A stretch of 63,623 nucleotides of DNA, counting the filler, from Octopus bimaculoides (Eukaryota): the NCBI RefSeq assembly GCF_001194135.2. It is 7 parts of 7 records of this genome, joined end to end, with 100 filler letters (N's around TTAATTAATTAA, not from the genome) between each part and the next. Parts side by side here need not be neighbours in the genome. Positions count along the whole stretch, not along the records: positions 1 to 21,598 come from NC_068989.1; 6 more parts are not named here. One strand, written 5' to 3'. Shown one piece after another: positions 1 to 10,961 of the stretch. A program made the translations under genes and the position numbers. The number at the start of each line of letters is the position of its first letter. The stretch's first letter is position 1. Under the pieces are notes generated by a model. It searched no databases and was not told where the DNA came from. It worked only from the letters and a program-made list of their open reading frames with translations.

Positions 1-358
1 CTTTTCTAAGCCAGAAACGCGTCTATGATTAACTAAGACTGGTTAGGTTCGTTATTTTTTCTTCTTGTTTTACCTTTGTGAGTTACAAGTATTGCTATCT
101 GTTGGAGTTTCAGCACTTTAGCTGCTATTTCTGAACTTCAGTATGTGGTGAAGCAACTGTTGCTGATCCCTTAATTATGTTTATAAATGTATAAGAACTT
201 TTAAATAAGTTCTTCACCGATAATGGTATTTACATACCAAAGGGCTTGGTAAAAATTATTAATTATTAATTTATTAATAAATTAATAAATTGATAATCCT
301 TTACCCTTTTATTTGTAATATATATATATATATATATATATCTTTTCCTTCACTTGCT

Positions 359-677
359 TATTACTGGTCTAACTTATTTTATGTCCATAGTCCAGAAATC
401 TTTTGTCACACATCTGTGACCTCTTCAGCGACACTTTTTGTTTTTGTTGGTGTTCTTGCTCCACTTACTCCATTCTGTTGTTCTAAGATGTGCGCATGTG
501 TTTGTTTCCTTGTTTGTGTGTGTGTGTGTCATAGTTTTTAGCAGCAGTGTGGCCTTTCCCTCAGCCCCATCTTCACACCCTATAGTGCTGCTGCTGTGCT
601 AAGACCTGAAAGAGGTCATAGATGTGTGACAAAAGATTTTCAGACAATGGACATAAAATAGATTAGACCAGTGATAA
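359..677. repeat. Inverted repeat, ~70-bp arms (359-428 / 606-677), ~177-bp spacer
   Basis: TATTACTGGTCTAACTTATTTTATGTCCATAGTCCAGAAATCTTTTGTCACACATCTGTGACCTCTTCAG is matched by the reverse complement of 606-677 with few mismatches. The ORF track shows near-identical peptides on opposite strands (WSNLFYVH..IFCHTS.TS). Confidence 0.85.
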
Positions 678-1042
678 TATATATAGTATGTGTGTTTGTT
701 TGACAATAAATAAATAAAATGACCATCCTGAAATACAATAATATACATATATGCATATATATATATACATACATACATATATGTGTATGTGTGTGTTTCT
801 TTTTTTTTTGGCAGCAAATAGAAAAAATGCTGATTTTCTTCCAAGATTTTTCAATTATGGCCTATTATGGCCATCTCTTATGTGTTTAAATGTACACTGT
901 AATTATATGAATAATATATAGTCTATTGACTAGTTTTTTCCTTCATGCTAGACCACTGGTACCAAAAACATTTCTAAATAATTTTTTGCAACCCTGAAAT
1001 TTATTAATAATGATACATATGTATATATGTATATATACATAT

Positions 1043-3917
1043 CAGTGTTGCCAACTTAAAATGAGAATTTTATGTTAAATTTCAGTAGAAAAAATACCAA
1101 AAAATGCCAAGAAATGCTAAATATGACAAAAATTATATCAAAAAGCTTAATTTTTATTTACATTTTTATTTACTTTCTTTAATTTTATTCAGCATTGAGA
1201 AATAATTTCTTGAATTTCACTGATTTGATCACTTTCAGCTGCAGTGCCTAGGTCTTGACTTCCGTATACATTCAAGGTCCCAATCTTATTAATTGTGTGT
1301 TTTGGAATATCAAAGATTTTGCAACATTTGCCATATCTTTTCAAGCCATATTTTATAGACAGTATTATTGATCTAAGCATAGGAAGATGCATTTTGTTTC
1401 CCAATTTTGATTTGATTACACCCATACTACTGAACAACCATTCAACTTCTGCATTTGAGTTTGGCAATGTCAAAAGATTAATGGNNNNNNNNNNNNNNNN
1501 NNNNNNNNNNNNNNNNNNNNNNNNNNNNNNNNNNNNNNNNNNNNNNNNNNNNNNNNNNNNNNNNNNNNNNNNNNNNNNNNNNNNNNNNNNNNNNNNNNNN
1601 NNNNNNNNNNNNNNNNNNNNNNNNNNNNNNNNNNNNNNNNNNNNNNNNNNNNNNNNNNNNNNNNNNNNNNNNNNNNNNNNNNNNNNNNNNNNNNNNNNNN
1701 NNNNNNNNNNNNNNNNNNNNNNNNNNNNNNNNNNNNNNNNNNNNNNNNNNNNNNNNNNNNNNNNNNNNNNNNNNNNNNNNNNNNNNNNNNNNNNNNNNNN
1801 NNNNNNNNNNNNNNNNNNNNNNNNNNNNNNNNNNNNNNNNNNNNNNNNNNNNNNNNNNNNNNNNNNNNNNNNNNNNNNNNNNNNNNNNNNNNNNNNNNNN
1901 NNNNNNNNNNNNNNNNNNNNNNNNNNNNNNNNNNNNNNNNNNNNNNNNNNNNNNNNNNNNNNNNNNNNNNNNNNNNNNNNNNNNNNNNNNNNNNNNNNNN
2001 NNNNNAACATTTCATGTAACGTTTGTGCTGTAAAGCATTTTTCTTTTATAGTTGTAGTTTGGAAGTGAGTTTGCTATTCAAAACATTGGCTTACGATTCT
2101 ATTTACCACTGGTTCTATTGACAGCCACCTAGTTTGCTTCAAGCACAGATGTCTTATCATGATCTTCAAAGGCTCTTTATCATTGATAGCAAGGTAAAGT
2201 TGTTTGTAGGTACTTTGTCTTGTTGAAGAATGAGAACCATTTATAGGTTTTGGATACTTTCTAAATTAATGGGCAAACATTCAGCACAAGAGTGGGATAC
2301 TACCAACTGTAAAGAATGACATACACATCTAAATAGAATTAATGATGGAACTTCTTTTAATTTCTGGAAAACACCATTGTTGACTCCTGTCATTACTCTA
2401 GCATTGTCGGTTCCTATGCTCAGTAAATTTTTTATATCTAATTTCTTTTTCACTAATTCAATTTTTAAGGCATCTACAATGCCATCTGCATCACGTGTTT
2501 CTAAAGATACCATCCTGAGATATGTATGTACCACTTATTTGTGAGTGTCACTATAATATATGATAACAACTGCTAACAACTTGTTTATTGATATATCATT
2601 GGATTCATCTAATAACAGGCTAAATTTTCTATCTCCTATATCAGGAACATTTCTCACAATATTTGTACATTTTGTACGATGCAACTTCACTTTGGATATA
2701 ATATCACTACCAGACATATAATTCTTACATAACTCTATGAAGTGATCACAGCCATTAAATGATGAGTGGCAACAAATAAACATTGCTAAATTTGCTTCAA
2801 GCATAGGTGTCTTATTTTTAAGAGGAATCATTTGCTGTCGAGTTGATGCCTTATGTTTCTTTGCTTCACAGTGGCTTACTAAAAGAGAATATTTTGCCAA
2901 CATATTACATCTCCAATATCTGCAATGTGCTTTAGATTGGTCACTAGGTACTTCACACAACCACTTGGTAAACGCTGGCATCTTAAGCCATTCCTTTCGG
3001 AATTTTTGCTGGTACAACTTTGTTTTTTCTTTGCTCATTATAATGTAGTGGGAAGCAAGAAAATAAATTAAATGATTAATGAAAATATAAAATTGAAAAC
3101 ACAACTTATCAGTTTGCTGCTAAGAATTCTTTCATTCGTCATTAACAATTCTTATGTTTGCTGCTTACAAATTCTTGAGGTGAAGAATACTGATTCAAGA
3201 TGCAGGATGGCCAACTTATAAATGGAAAAGTAAAATCTACAGAAATCCTAAAACTGTGTTCTGATATAAACCTGAGAACATCATATTTCACTTCCAATCT
3301 TACATTTAATATTTATTGGTAAAACCACAAATATAACTACAATACTTGAAAAAAAAAGCAAGTAGAAATATAAAGGGGGAGACCCTGCCACCCCCGTACT
3401 TCTATACAAGATATATAATCCAAAACAAGCATGAAAAAACACAGGCCTATTTTAAAACAGTCAAACTGAAAGTAAATCAGTCAACCTGTCATGATAAAAA
3501 CTCATCACTACAGAATAAAGCATTGTTAGGAGGAATTTCCATACTTTCATTCTTTGCAACTCTTTTACATTATTGTGTAGTGAGTTCAGGTGCTGACATG
3601 AGTTATCTTCTCCCCCTCACCCCACCAGCACCACTCTGTATCCAAGAAGGATGGGAGGTGGGGGCTGGAAACATTCATAACTTGATAAACTTTCATTTGA
3701 AGTTTCATGAAAGTGAACGAAAAATTCAACAATAGCCGATAATACTAAAATTTGGCTGTAAGGTACTTTAACAAAAGTAGAAAAGGAGGAAAAAGAAGGA
3801 AAAGGGTAACTGTTGTGGAAATGTCATGATCAGAGAAAAATGCTAAAAAACATTTAAAACTATTTTCCCTGCTAAATGCTAGATTCAGAAATAAAATATG
3901 CTAAATTGGCTACACTG
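1043..3917 (-). mobile_element. hAT DNA transposon, bounded, defective
   Basis: TIR CAGTGTTGCCAACTT at 1043 versus AAATTGGCTACACTG ending at 3917 (13/15 complementary). Identical 8-bp ATACATAT on both sides (1035-1042, 3918-3925), the TSD length typical of hAT. Transposase fragments lie inside. Confidence 0.9.
1189..3038 (-). pseudogene. hAT transposase pseudogene (BED-like N-terminus, catalytic core, C-terminal dimerisation region), interrupted by stops, frameshifts and an assembly gap
   Basis: Motifs KFRKEWL..AHCRYWRC..SHCEAKKH, FSLLLDESNDIS, IGTDNARVMTG..GV, CVCHSLQL and LPNSNAEVEWLFSSMGVIKSKLGNKM in ORFs 2535-3104, 2241-2534 and 1189-2010. Confidence 0.88.
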
Positions 3918-4979
3918 ATACATATACATACATACATATATATTTGAATAATGTGGGAAAACAGATTTCCAAATCAATCAGGTACTCACCTCTTAGCATT
4001 ACATGCATTTTAATAGGGAAAATATATACTGTGTATTCCACATCAGTATATCATGCAGTGGTGTCATGATTATAATATATTTATATAGAAATATACAAAA
4101 TATATAATAATAGAAGTTAATAATAGTTCAGTTATTGGGATTTTAATCAATACATTTGTGGGTATTCCATTTCAGATAATGCAAAAAGAACATAACGAGT
4201 ATTTATGATGGAAAACTCGTGGTATTTATATGCACATCAAGAAATAATACTTGAGGATAAACCAGTACAATAGCAGGGTATATAATATACTACCTTAATT
4301 AGCCCTTACTTGAGTTCAAATTATAATTAGAAAGGAACAACACGTATTTCTGTATTGGAAGATCAGAATATATGTAATCATCAGATTTATAATTCTACCA
4401 ACATATATATATATTTTTTCTCAGCATTCACTATTTTCCTCTTGTTCTGCTCTAACGAACCTTCATGTTTGTTTTCATTCAGTTTCTTTGTATGTCTCAA
4501 CTGTCATTTTTTTCCCAACTTTGACCCTCCTAAATTTTATTTTAGAATTTATGGGAGCAACTGTCATTAAAGACTCATATTGTTATTGAATGCTTGAAAT
4601 GAGGAGTAGACAGATAGCTGACAACTGATGAAGGGTCTTTGTGTATTTTTAAACCGAATGTAGTTTTTTCTGATGTTATATTTATTCCTGAAGATGTGTA
4701 AAGAAATTTTGATTTATTAAGTTTCTTAATGAATTCTTTATACTGAAATATATATTGAAGAAGATAAATATGTTCATTTAAATATATACGTTTTTGCGTC
4801 GTAACTCCTTTATTACTATTAATATAACCAAAAGGATCGATTCTTGAAGAGTCTGCATACCTTCACTGTCGTTTTTTTCTGCTATTTTGGTGATGATTTT
4901 TTGAGTTAGCTTACCAATTATTTTTGTTGGTAGTTAATTTATAATATNNNNNNNNNNNNNNNNNNNNNNNNNNNNNNNN

Positions 4980-5600
4980 NNNNNAAAAGAAAGTTAGTTT
5001 TACAGCTGTTTCTGGGATATTAAAGATATCACTTCATCAGAGACAATGTGAGATGGTTACATATAGAGAAATATTAGAGTTCAATATAAGGAGTTATTTT
5101 GTAAAAAGATGGAAATAAGAAGTATAAAGAGAAATAAGAGAATAAAAGTAAAAATAAAGATATATGTAGGATGTTACAGTTGCAGTTCCATTATCCAAGG
5201 AAAATGGTGTATAGAAGTGGTAGAAATGCTTCTTGTCCGTGGTATGTAAATTCCGATAGGAGTTCATATTTTGTCATTTCAAATGGAAAGTGTGACGACG
5301 TAGATTCCATGTACTGTTCATTCAAAGGGGTCATGTGGTGTGAATGAAATTTTGAGAATGTAGTGGTAGTATTAAGTGGATAGAGAGGAGAAAAAAGATG
5401 TGTATGTTAAAATGAGAAGAATGGTCAAAGGGAATAGGTGAGGAAAAAAGAAAGGAAAAGCGAAAACGAAAAAAGGAGTGTTGGTGGTCAAGATATGAGG
5501 GGGATGGGAGAGGAGTAGGGGGGATAAGAAAAGATAAGAAAGTAAGGAATGAATATGTGTGAGGAGTGGGAGGTGGGGTGATATGTTTGAAAGGCACTAA
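4980..5600 (-). mobile_element. Penelope-like element 3' remnant (ORF end plus pseudo-LTR)
   Basis: Eroded C-terminal similarity near 5200-5330 to the other PLE ends in the window, followed on the same strand by a PLE-type hammerhead motif. Boundaries are approximate. Confidence 0.45.
4997..5044 (-). ncRNA. Minimal type I hammerhead ribozyme motif (eroded)
   Basis: Minus strand reads GTCT-CTGATGA-AGTGATATCTTTAATATCCCA-GAAA-CAGCTG-TA-AAAC. Core CUGAUGA/GAAA/GUA is intact, stem III is palindromic CAGCTG, stem II is GATAT/ATATC, and stem I has one mismatch. Confidence 0.65.
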
Positions 5601-5994
5601 GGTGGAGGGATGGGTACAGAAAATGGTACAGTGGTGGGGTTACTAAAGTGAGTAGTAAACCTCAAAAAGGAAGGGGAGAATAGTAGGATATAATGGTGAG
5701 GTTTCTGAAAATAGACAGAGGTGTTTATTGTACTGATAGTGGGGACTGAGGAATCAGAGAGAGAAAGAATGAAGTGTATATTGATATATGCACATGCGTA
5801 CATATACATGTGTATATACACTATTATATAGGCCCACATACTTACATACTTAAACCCATATGCATATATATATATATATATATGCACACACCCACCTACA
5901 GATATGTATACAGACATACATATGCATATATACACACACACATACATAGATATGCATATACACACACACATACATATATATACATACACCAGTA

Positions 5995-6205
5995 CCGCCT
6001 GACTGTCCCCCCCCCCCGTACTGGTGGCACATAAAAAGCACCCACTACACCCTCAGTGGTTGGCATTAGGAAGGGCATCCAGCTGTAGAAACCTTGCCAG
6101 ATCAGATTGGAGCCTGGTGCAGCCTTCTGGCTTGCCAGTCCTCAGTCAAACTATCCAACTCATGCCAGCGTGGAAATCAGAGGTTAAACAATGATGATGA
6201 TGATC
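5995..6205 (+). mobile_element. Retroposon 3' fragment with (ATG)n tail (probable RTE-LINE 3' UTR or SINE tail family)
   Basis: GGCATTAGGAAGGGCATCCAGCTGTAGAAACC...CATGCCAGCGTGGAAA..GTTAAACAATGATGATG. The same sequence recurs at 13684-13780, 20079-20639, 42780-43052 and 45760-46180. Confidence 0.8.
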
Positions 6206-6269
6206 CATACACATGACGCATACATGTCCATATATGTATTATTAAAAAATTAAAAACAGAGACAATGGA

Positions 6270-6760
6270 AAGTGAAGTAGGGTTGATGGAGATTGCCTAA
6301 GGGGTGTTCAGGATATGTACTGTGTGGTTATTTAGGCTGCATTTAGATTTGTGGTAAAATTTGAAGGTATGAAAAAAGCGGTGGTTGCATGTACCTAGGG
6401 CATCATTATATTTATTTAGTAGTATTGAAGAGTTAGTTGTGTTTTAATATGTGGAATGCATCTTTTAGGCATAGCTTACAGGCTGAGTGTTCACCCTGAT
6501 GTGGAAGCCATGAATCTATTATGGACCATGACAAGATGTATGGAATATTTCTATTTTTGAGATGATGTATGTGACTAGCGAGTGTTGTGGATTTACTATG
6601 TTACTTATATCTAAAAAAATTGAGATGCAGAGTGTATCACTGTTTGAAATTTATAGTTGACCCTATATAATATGGTTGTAGAATTGTTCAGCATGTTGAG
6701 GATGGTGCATTTATAAATTATGCAATGGATCTGTAGAGGGCAGATTGTCCCAGGGTGAAA
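6270..6760 (-). mobile_element. Penelope-like element, GIY-YIG endonuclease fragment
   Basis: Manual minus-strand translation: GSTINFKQ*YTLHLNFFRYK*HSKSTTLASHIHHLKNRNIPYILSWSII..SACKLCLKDAFHIL. This is the typical PLE endonuclease C-terminus, same family as 8000-8520. Confidence 0.8.
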
Positions 6761-7029
6761 GTTACATGATAGTTACATGGTAACATATATATACACATAT
6801 CTAGATATAAATATATACATGTATACAAAGTATGGGGGTTTAGTTCACAGGTGATCTAAACAGGTATGCTAGGTAAGTGCTGTAATGGATTACTAGGGCT
6901 CCAAGGTTATAGCCAAGACAGTATTTATGGAGATTTCCAATGCAGCAGATATATAATTGTTAAAGAGGACAACAAACATTAAGGCAAGGCAAACATCTCA
7001 AGTCATATACTTTATTATTATTGGAAAAT

Positions 7030-7900
7030 AATTCAAAGTCTTACAGCTGTTTCTAGGATACCTCGAGTATGGGATATTCCATCATCAGAGACAAATAGGG
7101 AAAATGAGAATGGTATATATTAATGAAATGACGACATAGAGGAAGGGAGTAAAGGACTAAGGAGATGAAGAGAGAGAAGAAAAAAGAAGCATAAATGTTC
7201 ATAGTTCAACTTTCCGATATTGTGGAAACAAGTGCATAAGTCCTAAGGTGCAATTCTGCGAAGATCCATGTGGGTTAGTATCCTGATATTGTAAACATCC
7301 AGAGAAAAAAGATGTGAACATATCAACGTTTAATAACAGAATGGTAGTGGAGATGGCTATTAAGTAGTAAGAGGGAAAAAAGTAAATAAATAGAAAGAGA
7401 GATAGATAGAGTGAGGGAGGAAGTTAAGGATTGGCTTTAGGATAAAGTAAGGTGTATAAGCATATAGTGTCTAAGAATATTGTGTACAGGGGTAGCTGAG
7501 CAGATAAGAGAGAGGATGAGGAGGTAGAGGAAGATAGCTTAAAAAAATAAACAAAATAGAGCAAAATGAAAGGAATTTAAAGAGAGTAGTAGGTGTCGGT
7601 GGTAGTCTTCTTGTCTATAAGTGTTGGGGAGGAAATCTAGTAGTAAATGCTTGTGTCCATTCTGGCTAAGGTCAGTGGCTGTAGAGTTATTTTTAGCAAT
7701 GGGGTTATGGGTGTGTAGGTAGTCAAGAATGGAGGAGCTAGTTGAATGTTAAATTATTTATGAGTGGTAGTTAGAATTAAATATTAGGGGATTTATTGGG
7801 TTAAGGTTTAAAAATAAATTAAGGATAAATTAAAGAATTAATATTCATCTCATAAAGTGATGAGGTGAGGTAGATATAAGAGATAAGGTAGATATAAGAG
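7030..7900 (-). mobile_element. Penelope-like element 3' remnant carrying the hammerhead
   Basis: ORF-end-like sequence near 7640-7700 resembles 5220-5245, followed by a pyrimidine-rich tail and the hammerhead at 7038-7092. Boundaries are approximate. Confidence 0.45.
7038..7092 (-). ncRNA. Minimal type I hammerhead ribozyme motif
   Basis: Minus strand reads GTCT-CTGATGA-TGGAATATCCCATACTCGAGGTATCCTA-GAAA-CAGCTG-TA^AGAC. Core is complete, stem I GTCT/AGAC, palindromic stem III, GUA cleavage triplet; stem II is eroded. Confidence 0.75.
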
Positions 7901-7958
7901 ATATAGAGATATAGGAGAAATAGAAGAGATATAGAGGGGTATGTGTTAATGATCATAG

Positions 7959-8619
7959 GAGCCTGTGTTAGAAACCCTTGCTCAAGGCAACACACAGTGA
8001 CATGGAACCTAAAACTATGAGCTTACGAAGGAAATTTGTCGGCGGGGTGAAATTGCATTTAGATTTATGAAAGAATTTAAAAGTGCGGAAGAATTTGTGC
8101 TTACATGTAGTGAAGGCTTCATTGTGTTTATTAAGCAGTTGTGGTGAGTCATGGGTTAAAATTCTGAAGGCTTCTTTTAAGCAGAGTCTAGAAATGGAGT
8201 GTTGGCTCTAATATGGAATACCCAAGTCTATTATAGCCCAGGAAAGTTTATATTGTATTTTTCTATTAATTAGATGGTGTACATGGTTGGCTAGTGACAT
8301 GGAATTGCTATTCTCTTTATATTTAAATGAGTTTAAATGTGCATAATATCTTTGTTTAAAATTTGTAGTAGATCCGATGTAGTAGTTATAGGCGTTATTT
8401 GCTATGTTGTGAACAGTGCATTGGTATACGATGCTGAATCTTCTTCATTGGGCTTGCAGCAGGCAGTCTGTCCCAGATCTGCAGTTGCAGTTATTAGTTC
8501 TATGATGGTTAATTGGAGAAAGAGATGAAGTAGTGCTTGTAGTGGCTAGGTGAATCGATCGTGATATTGCTGTTATTATTGCTGTCATTTCTAGTATCGC
8601 TATCAATGCTAGCATTACC
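7959..8619 (-). mobile_element. Penelope-like element, GIY-YIG domain to ORF end
   Basis: Minus-strand translation: CNCRSGTDCLLQAQ*RRFSIVYQCTVHNIANNAYNYYIGSTTNFKQRYYAHLNSFKYKENSNSMSLANHVHHL..SWAII..RLCLKEAFRILTHDSPQLLNKHNEAFTTCKHKFF. SIVYQ..YYIGST is the GIY-YIG signature. Confidence 0.88.
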
Positions 8620-8836
8620 ATTTTAACCCACAACTCACCACAATTGCTTAATAAACACAACGAAGCCTTCACTACGTATAAGCACAAATTCTTCTGCACT
8701 TTTAAATTCTTTCATAAGTCTAAATGCAAGTTCAGCCCCCCCCCCCCACACACACACAAATTTCCTTTGTAAGCTCATAGTTTTAGGTTTCATGTCACTG
8801 TGTGTTGCCTTGAGCAAGGGTTTCTAACACAGGCTC
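7959..8836. repeat. Inverted duplication, arms 7959-8162 and 8620-8836, ~457-bp spacer
   Basis: Direct reverse-complement comparison shows roughly 90% identity across a PLE-end/SINE junction. Confidence 0.9.
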
Positions 8837-8932
8837 ACAATGGCCAATGCCTTGTAAGCGAAATGAACAAACGGAAATTGTATGAAAGTACACCCCCATG
8901 AATCTTTGATGTATATACACATGTATATACAC

Positions 8933-9102
8933 AATCCCATGAAATAGCTGAGAATATTCTGTTCAATGAATTTGGCATGATGAAGGTTTCTGCTCAGTGT
9001 GTGCCACATCTCCTGACACCTGATCAAAAACACACTAGGCTGATCACATTGCTGGAAAATCTGACATTGTTTGATGCAGATCCATCTGGTCTCCTTGAAT
9101 GT
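8933..9102 (+). repeat. Exact 170-bp copy of mariner internal sequence 11304-11473
   Basis: Base-for-base identical by eye, including the TGT (Cys) codon in place of the conserved Trp of the WVP motif. Confidence 0.95.
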
Positions 9103-9509
9103 ATGTCTGTATGATGCATGAATGTATGTCTGTATGATGCATGAAAGTATGCGTGCATATATGTATGAATGTATGTATGTATGTATGTATGTATGTATGT
9201 ATGTATGTATGAGTGTGTGTGTGTCTCTGCATGTGTGTGCACACTTGTGTGGGCATTAGTATTTATGCCTTTGCATAACACCATTTAAGCAGTGCAGATG
9301 TCTCCACTAAAACATATGTTCTGGAACTTGGCAGCTTCAAACAGTGGAAGACAAGTGAAAGCACTTTATTTGAAAATGAAAAAAATTGCAGTAAAGTCTG
9401 ATAAGAGAAAGTGCATCCTGCTGTAGAATACTGCCACAATAAGTCTTGTCCAACCTATGCCAGCAAGGAAAACAAAATCAACACAGAAACAAGAACAACA
9501 ACATCAACA

Positions 9510-9570
9510 ATTTGGTTACATTTCATGAGAGTATCTTGGTCAGCTTATGAACTTTTCAGCTGGCTCTTGT
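9510..9570. mobile_element. Mariner terminal (TIR) fragment
   Basis: TTTGGTTACATTTCATGAGAGTATCTTGGTCAGCTTATGAACTTTTCAGC resembles the right end of the mariner at 12054-12111. Confidence 0.65.
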
Positions 9571-10551
9571 GCGTGTGTATATATATCTGTTTATTTTTTT
9601 CATTCTCTCTCTGTTTATTTTCTCTCAATCCTTTCTGTTGAAGAGTGTAGGCTCGAAATGCAAATGACTTTTAATTTTCCCGAGCATCAAACTAATACAC
9701 TGCTTATTGTTCATACACCTGTCTTCATCTTTTGTTTTTCTATAAATTTCAATATATATATATATATATATANNNNNNNNNNNNNNNNNNNNNNNNNNNN
9801 NNNNNNNNNNNNNNNNNNNNNNNNNNNNNNNNNNNNNNNNNNNNNNNNNNNNNNNNNNNNNNNNNNNNNNNNNNNNNNNNNNNNNNNNNNNNNNNNNNNN
9901 NNNNNNNNNNNNNNNNNNNNNNNNNNNNNNNNNNNNNNNNNNNNNNNNNNNNNNNNNNNNNNNNNNNNNNNNNNNNNNNNNNNNNNNNNNNNNNNNNNNN
10001 NNNNNNNNNNNNNNNNNNNNNNNNNNNNNNNNNNNNNNNNNNNNNNNNNNNNNNNNNNNNNNNNNNNNNNNNNNNNNNNNNNNNNNNNNNNNNNNNNNNN
10101 NNNNNNNNNNNNNNNNNNNNNNNNNNNNNNNNNNNNNNNNNNNNNNNNNNNNNNNNNNNNNNNNNNNNNNNNNNNNNNNNNNNNNNNNNNNNNNNNNNNN
10201 NNNNNNNNNNNNNNNNNNNNNNNNNNNNNNNNNNNNNNNNNNNNNNNNNNNNNNNNNNNNNNNNNNNNNNNNNNNNNNNNNNNNNNNNNNNNNNNNNNNN
10301 NNNNNNNNNNNNNNNNNNAGGGTAGAGGTGGGATATGAGGATAGAAGGTGTAAGGGATGGGATGGGGTACATACATACACACACACACACACACACGCAA
10401 ACACAGAGCATAAATATTTAGTTAACAACAATGAAGATGATGATGATGACAACAGAGCATTATCTTTATGTGCCTTCAACTCACCCCAAGAAAAACCGAA
10501 CCCTATTAAAGTTCAAAAATGCGTGGACTAGTCATTGATGACCAAATATTA

Positions 10552-10685
10552 TCAATCATCAAATGGGAAAACACCATCCACCAGACACTTTATCATGTGA
10601 CGCTTCTCATAAATGATGTCATTCAATTTGTGTCTTGTTTCTTCAAAAAGCTTGCGCTGTTCACTGTTTAATTGTGCAGGGGAGT
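10552..10685 (-). CDS. Candidate last coding exon of an unidentified gene: (D)SPAQLNSEQRKLFEETRHKLNDIIYEKRHMIKCLVDGVFPFDD*
   Basis: Strong acceptor TTGTTTTTCTTTCTCATTTAG|AC at 10686/10685. Only the phase-1 frame stays open (43 codons to TGA at 10554-10552). Sequence is non-repetitive. A consensus donor GGG|GTGAGT at 10485/10484 defines a 201-nt exon. Confidence 0.6.
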
Positions 10686-10724
10686 CTAAATGAGAAAGAA
10701 AAACAATATATATACACATACATT

Positions 10725-10823
<99 letters not shown>

Positions 10824-10961
10824 AGAGAGACCTTCTATTTATAAATGTTCTATAATGCACACAGCCTTGGTTTTTTATGTCATTACGAAAAATAAATTCT
10901 TATATATATATATACACACATACATATACACACACATACATACATATATATCATGTATCTA

